DNA of 63,928 nucleotides, the filler included, from Reticulomyxa filosa (lineage: Eukaryota; Protista; Foraminifera): the NCBI GenBank assembly GCA_000512085.1. It is 19 parts of 19 records of this genome, joined end to end, with 100 filler letters (N's around TTAATTAATTAA, not from the genome) between each part and the next. Parts side by side here need not be neighbours in the genome. Positions count along the whole stretch, not along the records: positions 26,379 to 29,312 come from ASPP01014370.1; positions 29,413 to 32,093 come from ASPP01000956.1; positions 32,194 to 33,366 come from ASPP01006706.1; positions 33,467 to 34,623 come from ASPP01047335.1; positions 34,724 to 35,850 come from ASPP01038385.1; positions 35,951 to 37,781 come from ASPP01010055.1; positions 37,882 to 50,132 come from ASPP01006936.1; 12 more parts are not named here. One strand, given 5' to 3'. Shown here in pieces: positions 26,485 through 38,699 of this stretch. The translations under genes were made by a program, and so were the position numbers. Each line of letters opens with the position of its first letter. Positions within the stretch are counted from its first letter, which is position 1. A model generated the notes under the pieces. That model was not told the origin of the DNA and did not search any database. It was given only the letters and a program-made list of their open reading frames with translations.

Positions 26485-28658
26485 TCCCAACACCGAATCC
26501 GACAAAGGCGCCAACGAAACCACCCACGAAACAGCCGACGAGACAACCGACAAAGCCTCCAAGCAAACAACCCACAACGCCACCCACGAAGCCACCAAGC
26601 AAACAGCCCACAAAGCCGCCAACGAGGTCACCCACGAAACAACCTACAAAACATCCCACAAAGCAACCCACCAAGCCACCCACCAAACACCCCACAAAGT
26701 CACCAACAAAGCCACCAACAAAACTACCAACAAGACCACCCACGGAGATGCCATCGAAGCAGCCAACGAAACCACCCACAGTAGTGCCAACGCTGCAGCC
26801 GACAAGAATGCCCACAAGACTACCAACGAGACAGCCAACAAAGCCACCAACAAAACCGCCGACAATGTATCCAACGAAACAGCCGACAAAGCTGCCGACA
26901 CAAGAGCCGACAAAACGGCCCACCAAACCACCCACAAGCTCGCCCACGAAGCTACCGACTCACCGACCCACACTCGGCCCGACACATCGTCCGTCCAAAG
27001 CTCCAACCACGTCGCCCACAATGTCACCCATCGAACGATCGACCAGTCAGCCGACCAAAGTCCCAACACCTCCGACCGTGAAACCCACAAGGACGCCAAA
27101 CGTACTGCCGACACCATTTCCTACGAAACATCCCACCATTCATCCTTCTAAGGTCCCTACGTACTCTCCGACATTACGTCCCACCAAAGTACCCACTTTG
27201 GTACCAACTCCAATGCCAACATCAACACCGACGTCAAGACCAACGTCAAGACCAACATCAATACCGACATCAATACCGACATCAATACCGACGTCAATAC
27301 CGACGTCAATACCGACGTCAAGACCAACATTCAGACCAACATCCAGACCAACATCCAGACCAACATCCAGACCAACGTCAGTTCCGACACATGTATCTAC
27401 TTCTCGGCCCACTACCACAACTGATCATCCTAGCACCATTCGACCCACCTTCAGTCCCACTGCACAACCTACTGATCAGCCTACGTCAGGTATGTTTTAT
27501 TTGCAACTTCCCCCATCTCCATGATTCTATATGCTTGCGATTGCCCTCTTGTCTCTGAACAACCAAACTCTTTCATATGTCTAGGTCCGACTGCGTCCTC
27601 GACCAAAACCCCCAGTGCACAGCCGACCAAGGCTATCATGGACGGACAGACAACCACAGAAGCAGGTAAAAAAAATCCATTTCTGTGTCACTTACAACAT
27701 CATTTTATCATATCACTTTGTTTATTTGATTGGTTGACAAATTAAAAAAAAAATATCCAATCATAGCACTTTCGAATAAAGACGCATCGTATTTTACCTC
27801 TTCAAAGGTAATGGATATAGTGGTAATTGCAGTCCTCTGTGTCATCGCAATTTTGCTGGTTGGCTGCATTGCGTGCTGTTTTTGCATGAAGAATGTTCGC
27901 TTCGAGTGCTGCGGGTTTAATGTTGAAATCGGTGCAAAGGGCAATGCACAGAATAAGCCCAAAACTGCATCCATTCATGCAAGTCAAAACTCATGGGGCT
28001 CCAAAATGAACAAAATGGGAACAGAATTACAAATGACGCAAAAATTGACAGAGAATAACAATGACGTCGTCAATCCTGTCTCCTTTCAGCCTATCAGTCC
28101 TCTTCAATCCTCACAAACTTCAAACTTTCAACCGCCTCTCGATTTTCAGCAAACCACCGACACAAAGCCAGTCTCTGCTGATGAGCCACCTGTGCAAGAC
28201 AAACATAATACCCTGGATGCGACTCTGCAAGCAATCCTGCATGCTGCCGCTTCATCCGGTTTCTTATTCTTATTTATATATTTATATATTTATCTATTTG
28301 TATGTTTATGTGCTAACAATTGACATACCGTAGAACGGAAAAGGTAAGGGGAGAAATTAATATTACTTCCATCAATACATCCACAAATACAGAAGAGGAA
28401 AATGAAAATTCCCATGATGACCAAAATGAAGGCGTTCAGCCTGAAGGCGCTCGTTCAAGTCACGTTACCAATGCTTCTGTCGTACAGTTCAAACCACCAG
28501 CTGCAGATGCTGAAAATTCCGTTGCGGATGACTATGAAGACATGTATAATAACGTCGCTGCTGATATCGGTACAACCACAACTGAGAACCAACTGATAAC
28601 CGAAAACCAACCGACAACCGAAAACCAACCGACAACCGAAAACCAACCGCCAACGTAA
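26485..28658 (+). CDS. Mucin-like PT-repeat single-pass membrane protein; 5' truncated
   Basis: About 1 kb of PTxx tetrapeptide repeats in one frame from 26487; TM segment IVVIAVLCVIAILLVGCIACCFCM; cytoplasmic tail with DDYEDMYNNV and TENQ(P/L) repeats. At least 4 exons. Confidence 0.85.
26487..27480 (+). repeat. 12-nt-period coding minisatellite (PTxx)
   Basis: Units such as ccaacaaagcca and ccgacatcaata, with homogenised PTSI/PTSR blocks near 27230-27380. Confidence 0.9.
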
Positions 28659-29935
28659 GCGAATCTTTCCAATCAAGATTAGACACTCGTCGTGGTCTCA
28701 TAACTTTCAAGACCACATTTTTTTTTCTGGACAAAAATAATCGACTCTTATTTCTTTTTCCAATAATGTGAGTATGTAAACATTCGACTTTTAAATTTCT
28801 CAATAAAAAATGATCTTTTGAAGAGAAAACAATTAGGTACGCCTAAGTCTTAAATTTTCACGTATTATTTAAAGCATATTAATCAAGTAAGTACTTTCTG
28901 CAGAATAAAAAAAGACTGTTTTGCCAATGGAATTGACTCTTTATTAAAATATTTTGCTGTCACGAAAATAAAGCAATGGACAAACTGCGAATGTTTGGTG
29001 TTTTAAAAACTATGAAAGACAAAGCGCTTCCTTGTATAAAATTCAAAAATAACAGATATGCCACATCATAAAGATAGCCGATTTTCTCTATGAAAAATCA
29101 ATATTTAATCACATTTTTTGTTGTATTAAATAACAAATCTGTAATCTGTAAAGCTATATTCCGTTACAGCTAATCATTATTCCCTTCCAAAAATCTAAAA
29201 AAAGTTTAAAACAAGTACAGTATATTGCAAAAAAAACTGCCATACCTAAATGGCATTATATGAAGAGAATCGATTTTCTCCATGAAAAATAAAGATTTAA
29301 ACCTAATTTTTTNNNNNNNNNNNNNNNNNNNNNNNNNNNNNNNNNNNNNNNNNNNNTTAATTAATTAANNNNNNNNNNNNNNNNNNNNNNNNNNNNNNNN
29401 NNNNNNNNNNNNAAAAAAAAAGCACAAATTTATTCACAATAATCCCTAAAAATACTGACAATATTTTTTTTTTGAAAAAATAAAGCATTGCTAAATCCAA
29501 AAAAAAAGAGCTAGAAAAAATAAATTAGAAACAATTTATCATTTAAACCTAAATTTTTTGTTTATATCCAAGTAATATTATCAAACTAAACAAAAACAGT
29601 AAAAATTTAAATAAATAATTTGTCCAACAACATTTGATTATACTCAAATCAAAGCATTATTTCTTTTGCGATTTTTAAATTACGTTTCTTGTCATAATTA
29701 TTATTATTTTCATTTCACAAAATATTACATCTTTATTTTTATCTCCGTTAATCACACATAATTCATTTTGTCATATTCATTGTTTATTTCACAAAACAAT
29801 CAAACGAAAAAAAAAAATCAAAAATATTTCTTCCAGTAAGATGGAATCCATGAATAGGTGCCAATAGTTACAAAGGGGTGCCGTCGTAAAAAAATTTCGT
29901 TGGACGATCCATCATTCTTAATAAAAAAAATCACA

Positions 29936-30925
29936 ATGTCAAATTCTGGGGAAATCAGTACGGCAAAGCTACATCCTCCAAATAACACTGGTCGACGAAA
30001 TGTGAGCAGTCCTCGGGCAGTAAGCATAGTGCAACGCATTCAGAGCAACGAGCAGTTTACGAGCCACAAAGGAATAGCATTAAATACAATAGGTGGATGG
30101 CTTTTGGGTTTTGTATTTGGGGGTGGAGTGTTCTTGACACTGATTGGATTAAATAGTTGGATAACACAATCGGAAGTAAAAAATGGCACAAATATGGAAC
30201 GATCTGAGCCAAGCTTATATTATTATTTGTTACCTTTCAGTGTGTATTTAATAATCTCCGCAATATTTTACACAAGTGAATTTATATGGCATGCAACATT
30301 TCACCCATTGACGTTAGACTTTGATGCATTTATATTGTTTTCTCATAGCAAAGCATTTCATTATGCATTGCTGTCATCACTGATCGAATATGTCCTCGAA
30401 TTAAAATTTTTCAAAACACAGCTGAAAGCATTTGGTTACTTGCATATGTTTGGCTTGTTGTTGGTTTGCGTGGGACAAATTACGAGATCAATGGCCATGT
30501 ATACCGCCGGCAATAACTTCACACATTTGATTGCTACCGAAAAACAAAGTACTCATTGTTTAATCACACACGGTATTTACAAGTATTTTCGACATCCTTC
30601 TTATGTGGGATGGTTTTATTGGAGCATTGGCACTCAATTGTTGTTGTGCAATCCAATCTGTTTCATTGCTTTTGCACTTGCTTCTTGGAATTTCTTTAAA
30701 GCCAGAATTCCGTTATCTTTCTTTTTTTTTATACTTTGTATTTGTATATGTATATCATGTATGATGTAATTTGATTGAGACAGATACGAAGAACAATATT
30801 TGGTCCAATTTTTTGGAAAAGAATATATCGACTACAGAAATGTCACTCCTATTGGAATTCCTTTTTTAGAACAAAGTATTCAAGAAGACTTGAAAAAGCA
30901 AACCACTACGCAGCAGCAACAATAG
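29936..30925 (+). CDS. ICMT: Isoprenylcysteine carboxyl methyltransferase
   Basis: RSMAMYTAGNNFTHLIA, HCLITHGIYKYFRHPSYVGWFYWSIGTQLLLCNP. Removing intron 30712-30783 restores RIPYEEQYLVQFFGKEYIDY..TPIGIPF. Confidence 0.97.
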
Positions 30926-31539
30926 ATAAAAATAAATATTATTGTACTTTATAATACATATTCAACTATTTGCTTTTTGTAATAACAATTTTCTCTCCCC
31001 TTCTTCCCTTCATTCGTCATTCTTCCTCTTTTCTTGATCCTGTGATTATTTTCCTCAAGGTACTTGAAAATTTTTTTTATTGTGGATGACGTGGAACTGT
31101 CTGTTCCATCAAAAAGTAATCATTTAAATTTGATTTGTGGTTTTTTTCTTTGAATGAACAAAGACAATTTCTTTTTTCACGACCATATAAATAATATGCC
31201 TTTTTTTTGACTACAAAATATACAACCATCACACGTTTTGTGCAAGTGAAGTGGTATGTACAGATAACAAAAAGCGCATAGCCAATAAATAGCAGAAAAT
31301 ATTCCCACGAAAATGCATTTTGAAGTATGAATTTTTTTATTAAAAAAAATGAGCTTTGAAAGTGTGCTAAAGGACTACGAATGTGAATTATTTCCTCTAT
31401 TTTTATGATGAACTTGTATACTCTGATAAAATTAAAAACAAGTTGAAAAAAACTAAAAAAAATCGACGAAAAAAGGGGAATTATTTAATCAGTGTAAACA
31501 GCAGCCAACAACAAAAATATCCTCCGTTGTATTGACAAA

Positions 31540-32047
31540 TTATTGATCACTGAGTTTACTTTGAAAGCCAGTGCTACTGTGCAAGGTTTGATTATTGTCT
31601 TCTTCAGTATCAGAATTAGGATAAGCAGTTTTTTGATTGAGCATTTTCTTATCACCAAATTGAAAAGGGGAAGTGAAAGGATTTGGTTTAAGAGAATTGG
31701 GATTGTTGGCATTGTTTTGAAATGAAGAGCCTTGATAAGGCTTTGCAGAAGATGGAGTGGGATAGACTTGGGAATACGTCTGTTGTGGAGCAGTTTGAGT
31801 TTTGAGAAGAACGGTTTTATCAGACGTATGTTTATTGTCACACAGCACTGTATAGTGTAGGTACTTATGTCTCAAACAAAACAATAGTTTTGTGCATCCA
31901 CGACAAACGCAACAACTCAAAATATCCAAACAACGGCAAGTGTGCATCACCGTTTTAACACCACATTGACAGCATCTTCTTCGAAGAGTTTCATGCAGTT
32001 CATTTTGAATTGGTGACATTGTTACTACAAATAGCAGTGCATTGCAC
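31540..32047 (-). CDS. Last exon of an unknown protein with a Cys-rich segment
   Basis: 159-aa ORF containing RRRCCQCGV..CRC..SCCVCRGC, preceded by an AG acceptor at the contig edge. Confidence 0.55.
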
Positions 32048-32059
32048 CTATTTTTTTTT

Positions 32060-32093
<34 letters not shown>

Positions 32094-32211
32094 NNNNNNN
32101 NNNNNNNNNNNNNNNNNNNNNNNNNNNNNNNNNNNNNTTAATTAATTAANNNNNNNNNNNNNNNNNNNNNNNNNNNNNNNNNNNNNNNNNNNNAATAAAA
32201 TAAAATAAAAG

Positions 32212-33306
32212 GTGATTCAATCCCAATGGATGAACTGGGATGAAAAATTAGTGTACTTCAACAGCGAAGGATCGGCAACGGGAACGGACAGTGATGACTC
32301 AAATGATAGCGCGATAGACAAGCCCAAACAGCTTGAAAAGCGCTATGCCAAAGTGAAAAACTCGAATTTGAATGAAGAGCTGGGACACATTGACTACATT
32401 TTCACCGATAAAACGGGGACATTGACACAAAACCAAATGGAGCTGTGCAAGTTTTGTTTATTGGACTATGTTGTCAAAAGCAAATGGAAATACCAAAAAC
32501 ACTTTTGTATGCAATACAACGTAGATGCTCTGTCTTTGGTCGCAAAGTCCAAAATGACATCCGCGGAGCTGTGTCCTCGGCGACGTCGGCGTCATCCTTG
32601 GCTTCGGCTTCGACTTCGGCTTCGTCCTCGCCCTCGCCTGTTTCGATAAGCGAAGAGTACATTCGCATGTCTGATTGATAAAGGAAGTGATGCACAAAGA
32701 GATGGACCAGCAGAGTTTGCCTAAAGCAAACGAGGAAAGCCAAGATCTGATTTTCCTTTGGTGCTTGCTTGTGTGTAGTGCCACGTCGCCAGTGGCCAAG
32801 CATAAAGTAATGAACTACATGGACTTGTCGGATGATTACGTGAACAAAGACGAAGAAGGAGAGGACGATGACAATGATAATGATAATGATAATGATAATG
32901 ATAATGACAGTAACACAAAGAGCGAGTCGATGAAAAAAAAGCAAGGCGAGTTATACGTATCGATGACCTCTAGCCAAAATGGCAAGGCGACCACGACCGT
33001 TGCTTTGACTGCAGCCTCACCGATGAACAGTGGCGACGACACCCACGGCCGCAACCAAGCGCAGAAACATGCAAATGAAAAGGGGTCAAGCGGAAGTGCT
33101 GATGAAAAAGAGGCCGTGGTGCAAATGAAGAATGTAGTCTCTCGAAATGCTACCAAGTCGTTCATCGAAGAGGAAATCGATTATATGAGCTCCAGTCCAG
33201 ATGAAGTCGCGTTCGCCGAGGCATTGGCCGACCACGGTATTGTCTTGGAAGATCGATCTGCCGATCAGACCTTGCGAATTCGATTTCATCCAACAGCAAG
33301 ACACGG
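32212..33306 (+). CDS. P4-type ATPase (phospholipid flippase), internal exon with frame breaks
   Basis: [27 protein letters not shown] (phosphorylation motif) and [11 protein letters not shown]. The frame changes near 32555 and 32675. Confidence 0.95.
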
Positions 33307-33499
33307 TATAATTATTAGACTTAAAAAAGAGTCAATTATATACACATACACATATACATATATATANNNNNNNNNNNNNNNNNNNNNNNNNNNNNNNNNN
33401 NNNNNNNNNNTTAATTAATTAANNNNNNNNNNNNNNNNNNNNNNNNNNNNNNNNNNNNNNNNNNNNACACCATTTATGTATGTGTTTATCCGTTTTTTG

Positions 33500-34623
33500 T
33501 CTTGGAAATCAAACGAAAAGAGCAAGTTGGACAACTACAACTTTTGGCTACAGTGTACGATGATTACATGTTGTGTTATTTACTCAACACAACGCCAGTA
33601 TCATTTAATTATCAAACTTAAAATAGCTCATTCGCTTGGATGCTAATCAAGTCGAATACAATTCCAACTAGTCTTGTCCAGTGCAAAGCTTTGGGAATAG
33701 TGTCATTGTCATTATCTTTCACCTTCATTAAAGCAATGGTCTTCTTCTAGTCTGGCTCGCTCATCGTCATCGGCACTAACTCTTATTTGCTCGTTGGGAT
33801 AAGCTTCTTCATTTCCATCTACTCGAAGCAGTAACTTGGAGCAACCCACAGCGTCTCGATGAACAAGGTCACAGTTTGGCGAATGAAATGCAGCAAGTCC
33901 ACGTTGATATCAAGAAGGTTGAATATTTTCAGTGCGTACAGCACAAGCTTTATTAGTTCATGTGGTAGGGATTATCATTTGTTGTTATGGGAGCCAATCT
34001 GGACTAGTTTGATGGAGACTGACTCGTGTGACTAACTCTTTTGTGCTAAAAAAAGATTTAAAGATATTACTATTATATTTATGTACATATATGTATATGA
34101 ATGTATCATTTGTACGCGCTGATACGAGAAACAAACGGCAAATACGACTGTTCCCATACTTGTTCATGTGCATTCAGCAACTGCGTCAAGTCAGGTGTGT
34201 TCAATAGATACGGTGGCAAATGGCTAATTGGTGTTTTGATACATGATAGAACTACTATTTAGTTTTCGCTAATTCAAACAACTCCAACTTTGATCAAATA
34301 TGGGGTCAATTTTGCAGTCTTTTTCGTCATTCTGTGCAGAAGACGACGACAACACATAGTAACTGCACATAATGCTGCTACTTTTCATGATATTGACACG
34401 CACATTTTGCGCGGTAATGATCCACACGATTATCGGCAGACTATCCTGGATGACGTTGTGTGCAATGTGCACGTGCGTGTAGACGGCGAATAGCGTCTTG
34501 AGCAGTTGGGCAGGGAGGTTGCATGTTGAACATCCATTCGAGCAGCTAGTCTATGTAATGCCACATATCATTGCCAATGGCATAAGCGAGCATGTAGATG
34601 CACTTGATCGCAGGTTCGAACAT
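33500..34623 (-). pseudogene. TOR: Decayed TOR kinase N-terminal HEAT-repeat fragment
   Basis: Minus-strand translations KCIYMLAYAIGNDMWHYID*LLEWMFN, LPAQLLKTLFAVYTHVHIAHNVIQDSLPIIV, ELIKLVLYALKIFNL..DLLHFIRQTVTLFI and AVGCSKLLL follow, in order, TOR motifs recalled as CISMLARAMG..LLEPML, IQDGLL and LALRTLGSF..LTQFVRHC..TCSRLL. Many stops, frameshifts and deletions. Confidence 0.65.
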
Positions 34624-34723
34624 NNNNNNNNNNNNNNNNNNNNNNNNNNNNNNNNNNNNNNNNNNNNTTAATTAATTAANNNNNNNNNNNNNNNNNNNNN
34701 NNNNNNNNNNNNNNNNNNNNNNN

Positions 34724-35850
34724 AAACAAGCAAGTGATGAAACATTGACTAAAATTAATGATATAATCTGCGAATGGACTGATGTAAAAGAAATTAAAAA
34801 AATTGCAAATCGTTATAAACCACATTCAGATATTCGAATATTAAGACCTCTTCAATTAAAAGGAATAGATGAAGAACAAATTACAGGAAATGATATTTCA
34901 TTAAAATTAATAAAATTTGTATATAATCAGCTGTGTACATTCAATCCAATGAAAATGAAAGGACAAGCTATTTATGTAATTTTATTTGAATATTTTAAGA
35001 AATACATTGTAGGTGAAATGAATCCAGCAAGTTGTGTTGATATTATATCATTATTAAAAGAATCAAGGAAACAAGAATTAGATGAAGATATAACTATGTC
35101 ACAAGCCCTTGAAACATATATTCCATTGCAAGCAAATAATTATCCATACACAGACAATGACGATAATAAAAAAAATGATGCATATGATTGTTATCAACAT
35201 ATAATTGATTCATTAACAAAAGAAAAAGAAGAAAAAAAAAGTGAAGAACAAAGACAACAACAGGTGATAATATTACAAGGAAAATCAGGATCAGGAAAAA
35301 GTCTATTTTGTCGTCATTTAGAAGAAGCATTATGGGAAATATATGAAAATAATTCCACAACATCCATTCCCGTTTATATCTCATTGCCAAAATGTTATAA
35401 TGAATTAAATGAAAAACAAATCATTTCTCAAGCACTACAAATGAAAAATATCAATAAAGAGATAATAGATGCTGTTCGTGAAAATATTTCATTTGTATTT
35501 ATTTTGGATGGATTTGATGAAATATTTGACAAATATGATAAAAATAAGGAAAATAATGAAAGATATTTTTATGATCAATTTAACTTAAATGAATGGAATG
35601 CAAAAATAATAGTAACATGTCGAAGTCATGTATTGAATGATGAAGATATTCAAAATGTTTTAATTGGCTCAAAAAACACGACATCAATGGTATATTTATG
35701 GCCTTTTTCAAAGGAACAAATGCATGGATATATTGATAAATTTGTAAAAATGAATAAAAAAAATAAAATGAATGATAATTTGGATTGGACAATACAACAA
35801 TATGAGACAACATTGAAAAATTATCCAAATTTAAATAAAATGATGGAAGA
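34724..35850 (+). CDS. NACHT-type STAND NTPase, internal fragment
   Basis: Walker A GKSGSGKS, IPVYISL, Walker B FVFILDGFDEI, sensor IIVTCR, LWPFSKEQM. Confidence 0.92.
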
Positions 35851-36024
35851 NNNNNNNNNNNNNNNNNNNNNNNNNNNNNNNNNNNNNNNNNNNNTTAATT
35901 AATTAANNNNNNNNNNNNNNNNNNNNNNNNNNNNNNNNNNNNNNNNNNNNGAAAACAAAAGTAGTTTCAAAATCAGAAGAAATGGTAAATGTAACTATAA
36001 AAATGTGGTGTGCTTTAACACAAG

Positions 36025-36540
36025 ATGTCACGTTTAGCTATTTTCAAGCAAAAATCATATCTATCTTTAGGTAAAGACTCTCTAATATTGATGCCAAAAT
36101 GCAACCATCCAATAAATGGAGAAGTTAAAGTGAGTACACCACAGATTTCTGATTTAAAAGAAGCTTTAACCGGTAAGGGTTTAATTATCCTAGTTGAAGA
36201 CGAAGAAGCCGTAAGGGCTTTTGCAAAACAAGTTCTAGTTAGTAAGGGTTTTGATGTTAGTGAATTTTCTTCACCCCTACAAGCTTTAGATAATATAAAA
36301 ACTATTAAAAATACTATTCAATTGGTTATTTCAGATGTAGTAATGCCTGGGATGAATGGTCCTTCGCTTATAAAAGAAATTCAAAAAATTCAACCTAATA
36401 TAAAAGTTATATTCACCTCAGGATATGGGGAAGATGTCTTTAATGACGAATTCGGTGAGAACCGAGATTTTAACTTTTTGCCGAAACCTTTTACTCTTAA
36501 AGATTTAGTGATAAAAGTAAAAGAAGTTATTGAACTATAA
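36025..36540 (+). CDS. cckA: Bacterial receiver domain, CckA C-terminal type (kinase core absent or disrupted)
   Basis: LTGKGLIILVEDEEAVRAFA, LVISDVVMPGMNGP, KVIFTSGYGED and FNFLPKPFTLKDL match the alphaproteobacterial CckA receiver pattern. Confidence 0.75.
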   Translation: MSRLAIFKQKSYLSLGKDSLILMPKCNHPINGEVKVSTPQISDLKEALTGKGLIILVEDEEAVRAFAKQVLVSKGFDVSEFSSPLQALDNIKTIKNTIQLVISDVVMPGMNGPSLIKEIQKIQPNIKVIFTSGYGEDVFNDEFGENRDFNFLPKPFTLKDLVIKVKEVIEL

Positions 36541-36624
36541 ATTAAATATAGACTTACTAATTTCTTGCTGTTAATAATTTATATTATGAACATATTAACG
36601 TAATATTTATAGTTTTATATATAC

Positions 36625-37104
36625 ATGTATAAAGAGCAAAAGAAGAATCTTGATAGAAGGGAATCTAATTCGAATATAGAAGTAGCATTAGATGATATCC
36701 GCAGAGTAATGGACTCATCTGAAATTGAACCTGAAGAGCCATTGTTACTAACTGAAGTAATAAATGAATCAAATCATTCGTTTAATGGGAACAGTCGAAA
36801 AGATATCAAATTAAACTTTTTAGATTCGTTTGATAATAGATTAAAGAATAATGATTTAAAGCGTGAGCATTTTGCATTAGATAATAATAATGATGAAATA
36901 AAGCTGGATAAACTTATCTCGAGCCAACTTAATAAAATTAATCAAGATTTATCCCTAAAATCAGGTAAAAATATAGAAAATATAATTGTTGAAGCGACAA
37001 AACAGCAAGTCAGCGATTGGTTAGATAAAAATTTAGCTAATATGGTCAAAACAGCAGTAGAAAAGGAAGTTAAAAAGCTTATATCACAGGGTGATGAGGT
37101 ATGA
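36625..37104 (+). CDS. popZ: Polar organizing protein PopZ (DUF2497)
   Basis: N-terminal helix IEVALDDIRRVM, acidic linker with LLLTE, and C-terminal IENIIVEATKQQVSDWLDKNLANMVKTAVEKEVKKL. Confidence 0.88.
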   Translation: MYKEQKKNLDRRESNSNIEVALDDIRRVMDSSEIEPEEPLLLTEVINESNHSFNGNSRKDIKLNFLDSFDNRLKNNDLKREHFALDNNNDEIKLDKLISSQLNKINQDLSLKSGKNIENIIVEATKQQVSDWLDKNLANMVKTAVEKEVKKLISQGDEV

Positions 37105-37650
37105 AAAGTTATATCTAATTTTAGAGTCCACTTCGTAGCAATGAGTTTATTAGTAAGCATATGTAATATGGTTTATGCTCAAACGGAAGTAAATAAAAAC
37201 GTAGAGTCAACTATTAAACCGCTATCTAATAATACAAATCCAAATACTCCCACTGTTCCACAGTTGGTAGTTGAAGATTCTAACATAAATGTACCTCTAC
37301 CTAAAAATAATGAATTTGAATCAAAAAATATAGATGCTGATCAAACTCACTCAGATTTTCCAGAGGTTACATTACCCGAATACACAATTGATACTAAAAG
37401 CAATGCTACTCCAGAACCTAGTAAAAAAGTTGAAAATCCAACTGGTGCAAATCCAAACACAAACACTCCAAATAATCCTAATACGTTTGTTGCTACCCCA
37501 ACCTTAAATAAAAACAATGAAGAAGTTAGTTTGCCTGAAGGGTTCAATGATAAATTTAAAGACTTTGAAGTAAATAAAATTACTCACCAAGTCATAAAGA
37601 AAACTAAACAAGAAGAGGCAAAGGCTTTAGCGCCGACTACTACTTCATAA
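37101..37650 (+). CDS. Bacterial secreted Pro/Asn/Thr-rich hypothetical protein
   Basis: ORF from 37141. A full signal peptide (MKVISNFRVHFVAMSLLVSICNMVYA|Q) is obtained from the ATG overlapping the popZ stop if the A4 run is one base off. Confidence 0.65.
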
Positions 37651-37673
37651 TACATATATAAACGTATGTATTA
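37648..37673 (+). terminator. AT-rich inverted repeat at the end of the bacterial gene run
   Basis: taatacata-N8-tatgtatta forms a perfect 9-bp stem over the stop codon. It is weak, with no U-tract. Confidence 0.3.
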
Positions 37674-38699
37674 GATAATTCGCTTTCCGTTGACAAACTT
37701 AATTATATTACTTGCAACTGGAATCCTGATTGAGCAGTTTGAGGGTGTTTTCTGAAGCATACGCGTCAAGTTAAGGAGAAGNNNNNNNNNNNNNNNNNNN
37801 NNNNNNNNNNNNNNNNNNNNNNNNNTTAATTAATTAANNNNNNNNNNNNNNNNNNNNNNNNNNNNNNNNNNNNNNNNNNNNTTGTGATTTGTCGAGAAAT
37901 CTATTGCAGATGGGCTCATCCAATAGAACCAACGACAAATATACCTCCACCTCGCGTTTTCCTATCTTGCATTACCGAAAGTTCCTAATGAATCTTAACT
38001 TTTTAGAACATTGCCAAGTATTTGTGCCATTCAGTTCGAATTTGAGGAAATGCACAAGTTCAAAAAACAAAACTAACCTAATGTTACTATCTACTGCTGA
38101 CACAAAAAAAAAAGAAAAATGAGCCAATAAAAAAACTGATCCTGGCTTTTGCTCGCCTTTAATGATAAAATAGTTGTTTTTTTTCATTATCACTTCTTAA
38201 ATTCCATGTTTCTATTTTCTGCTTTTTGATTTCTGGATATCATCCAACCGCTGCACAATGTTGAGACTGATTCAGAACCTATATTGATTGATGTCAATTG
38301 AGTCAATTACTACATTTGTCACTTGTTTACAAGATGTTATTTTTATTTCTTTTACAATATCCCTCTAACATCTTGTGTGATATTTAGTTAGAGCACCTAT
38401 ATTGAATAATGTGATTTTCCGACTTACATGTAACTTGTAAATCTATCTTATTACGAGAGCATATGCGTGTATACAAAAGTCCATTAGCACACCACTTGAA
38501 TAATTTCACAAAGAAAAAAAATTTGTTTCAAAATGTATTTTCTCAGTTTTGAATATTGCAAGTTATATATCCTCAATTTGAAAACGCTACTATTTATTGT
38601 CTTTGTTTTTTTTTGCAAACATGACAAATCAATTTTTCCAAAACCAAATTTGAAAGTTCATAAACATGTTTACAAATAAATGACGTGTTCATGTTAATT

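Noticed and set aside
26423-27418. Overlapping long ORFs in other frames and strands (T/H/K-rich, G/V-rich, DVG repeats)
   Set aside because: By-products of the stop-free 12-nt PT repeat; only the PTxx frame splices to the TM exon.
36541-36624. CtrA box (TTAA-N7-TTAA) upstream of popZ
   Set aside because: Only imperfect matches in very AT-rich DNA, as expected by chance.
34724-37781. NACHT gene next to bacterial genes as a defence island or operon
   Set aside because: They are separated by a linker, so the adjacency is arbitrary.
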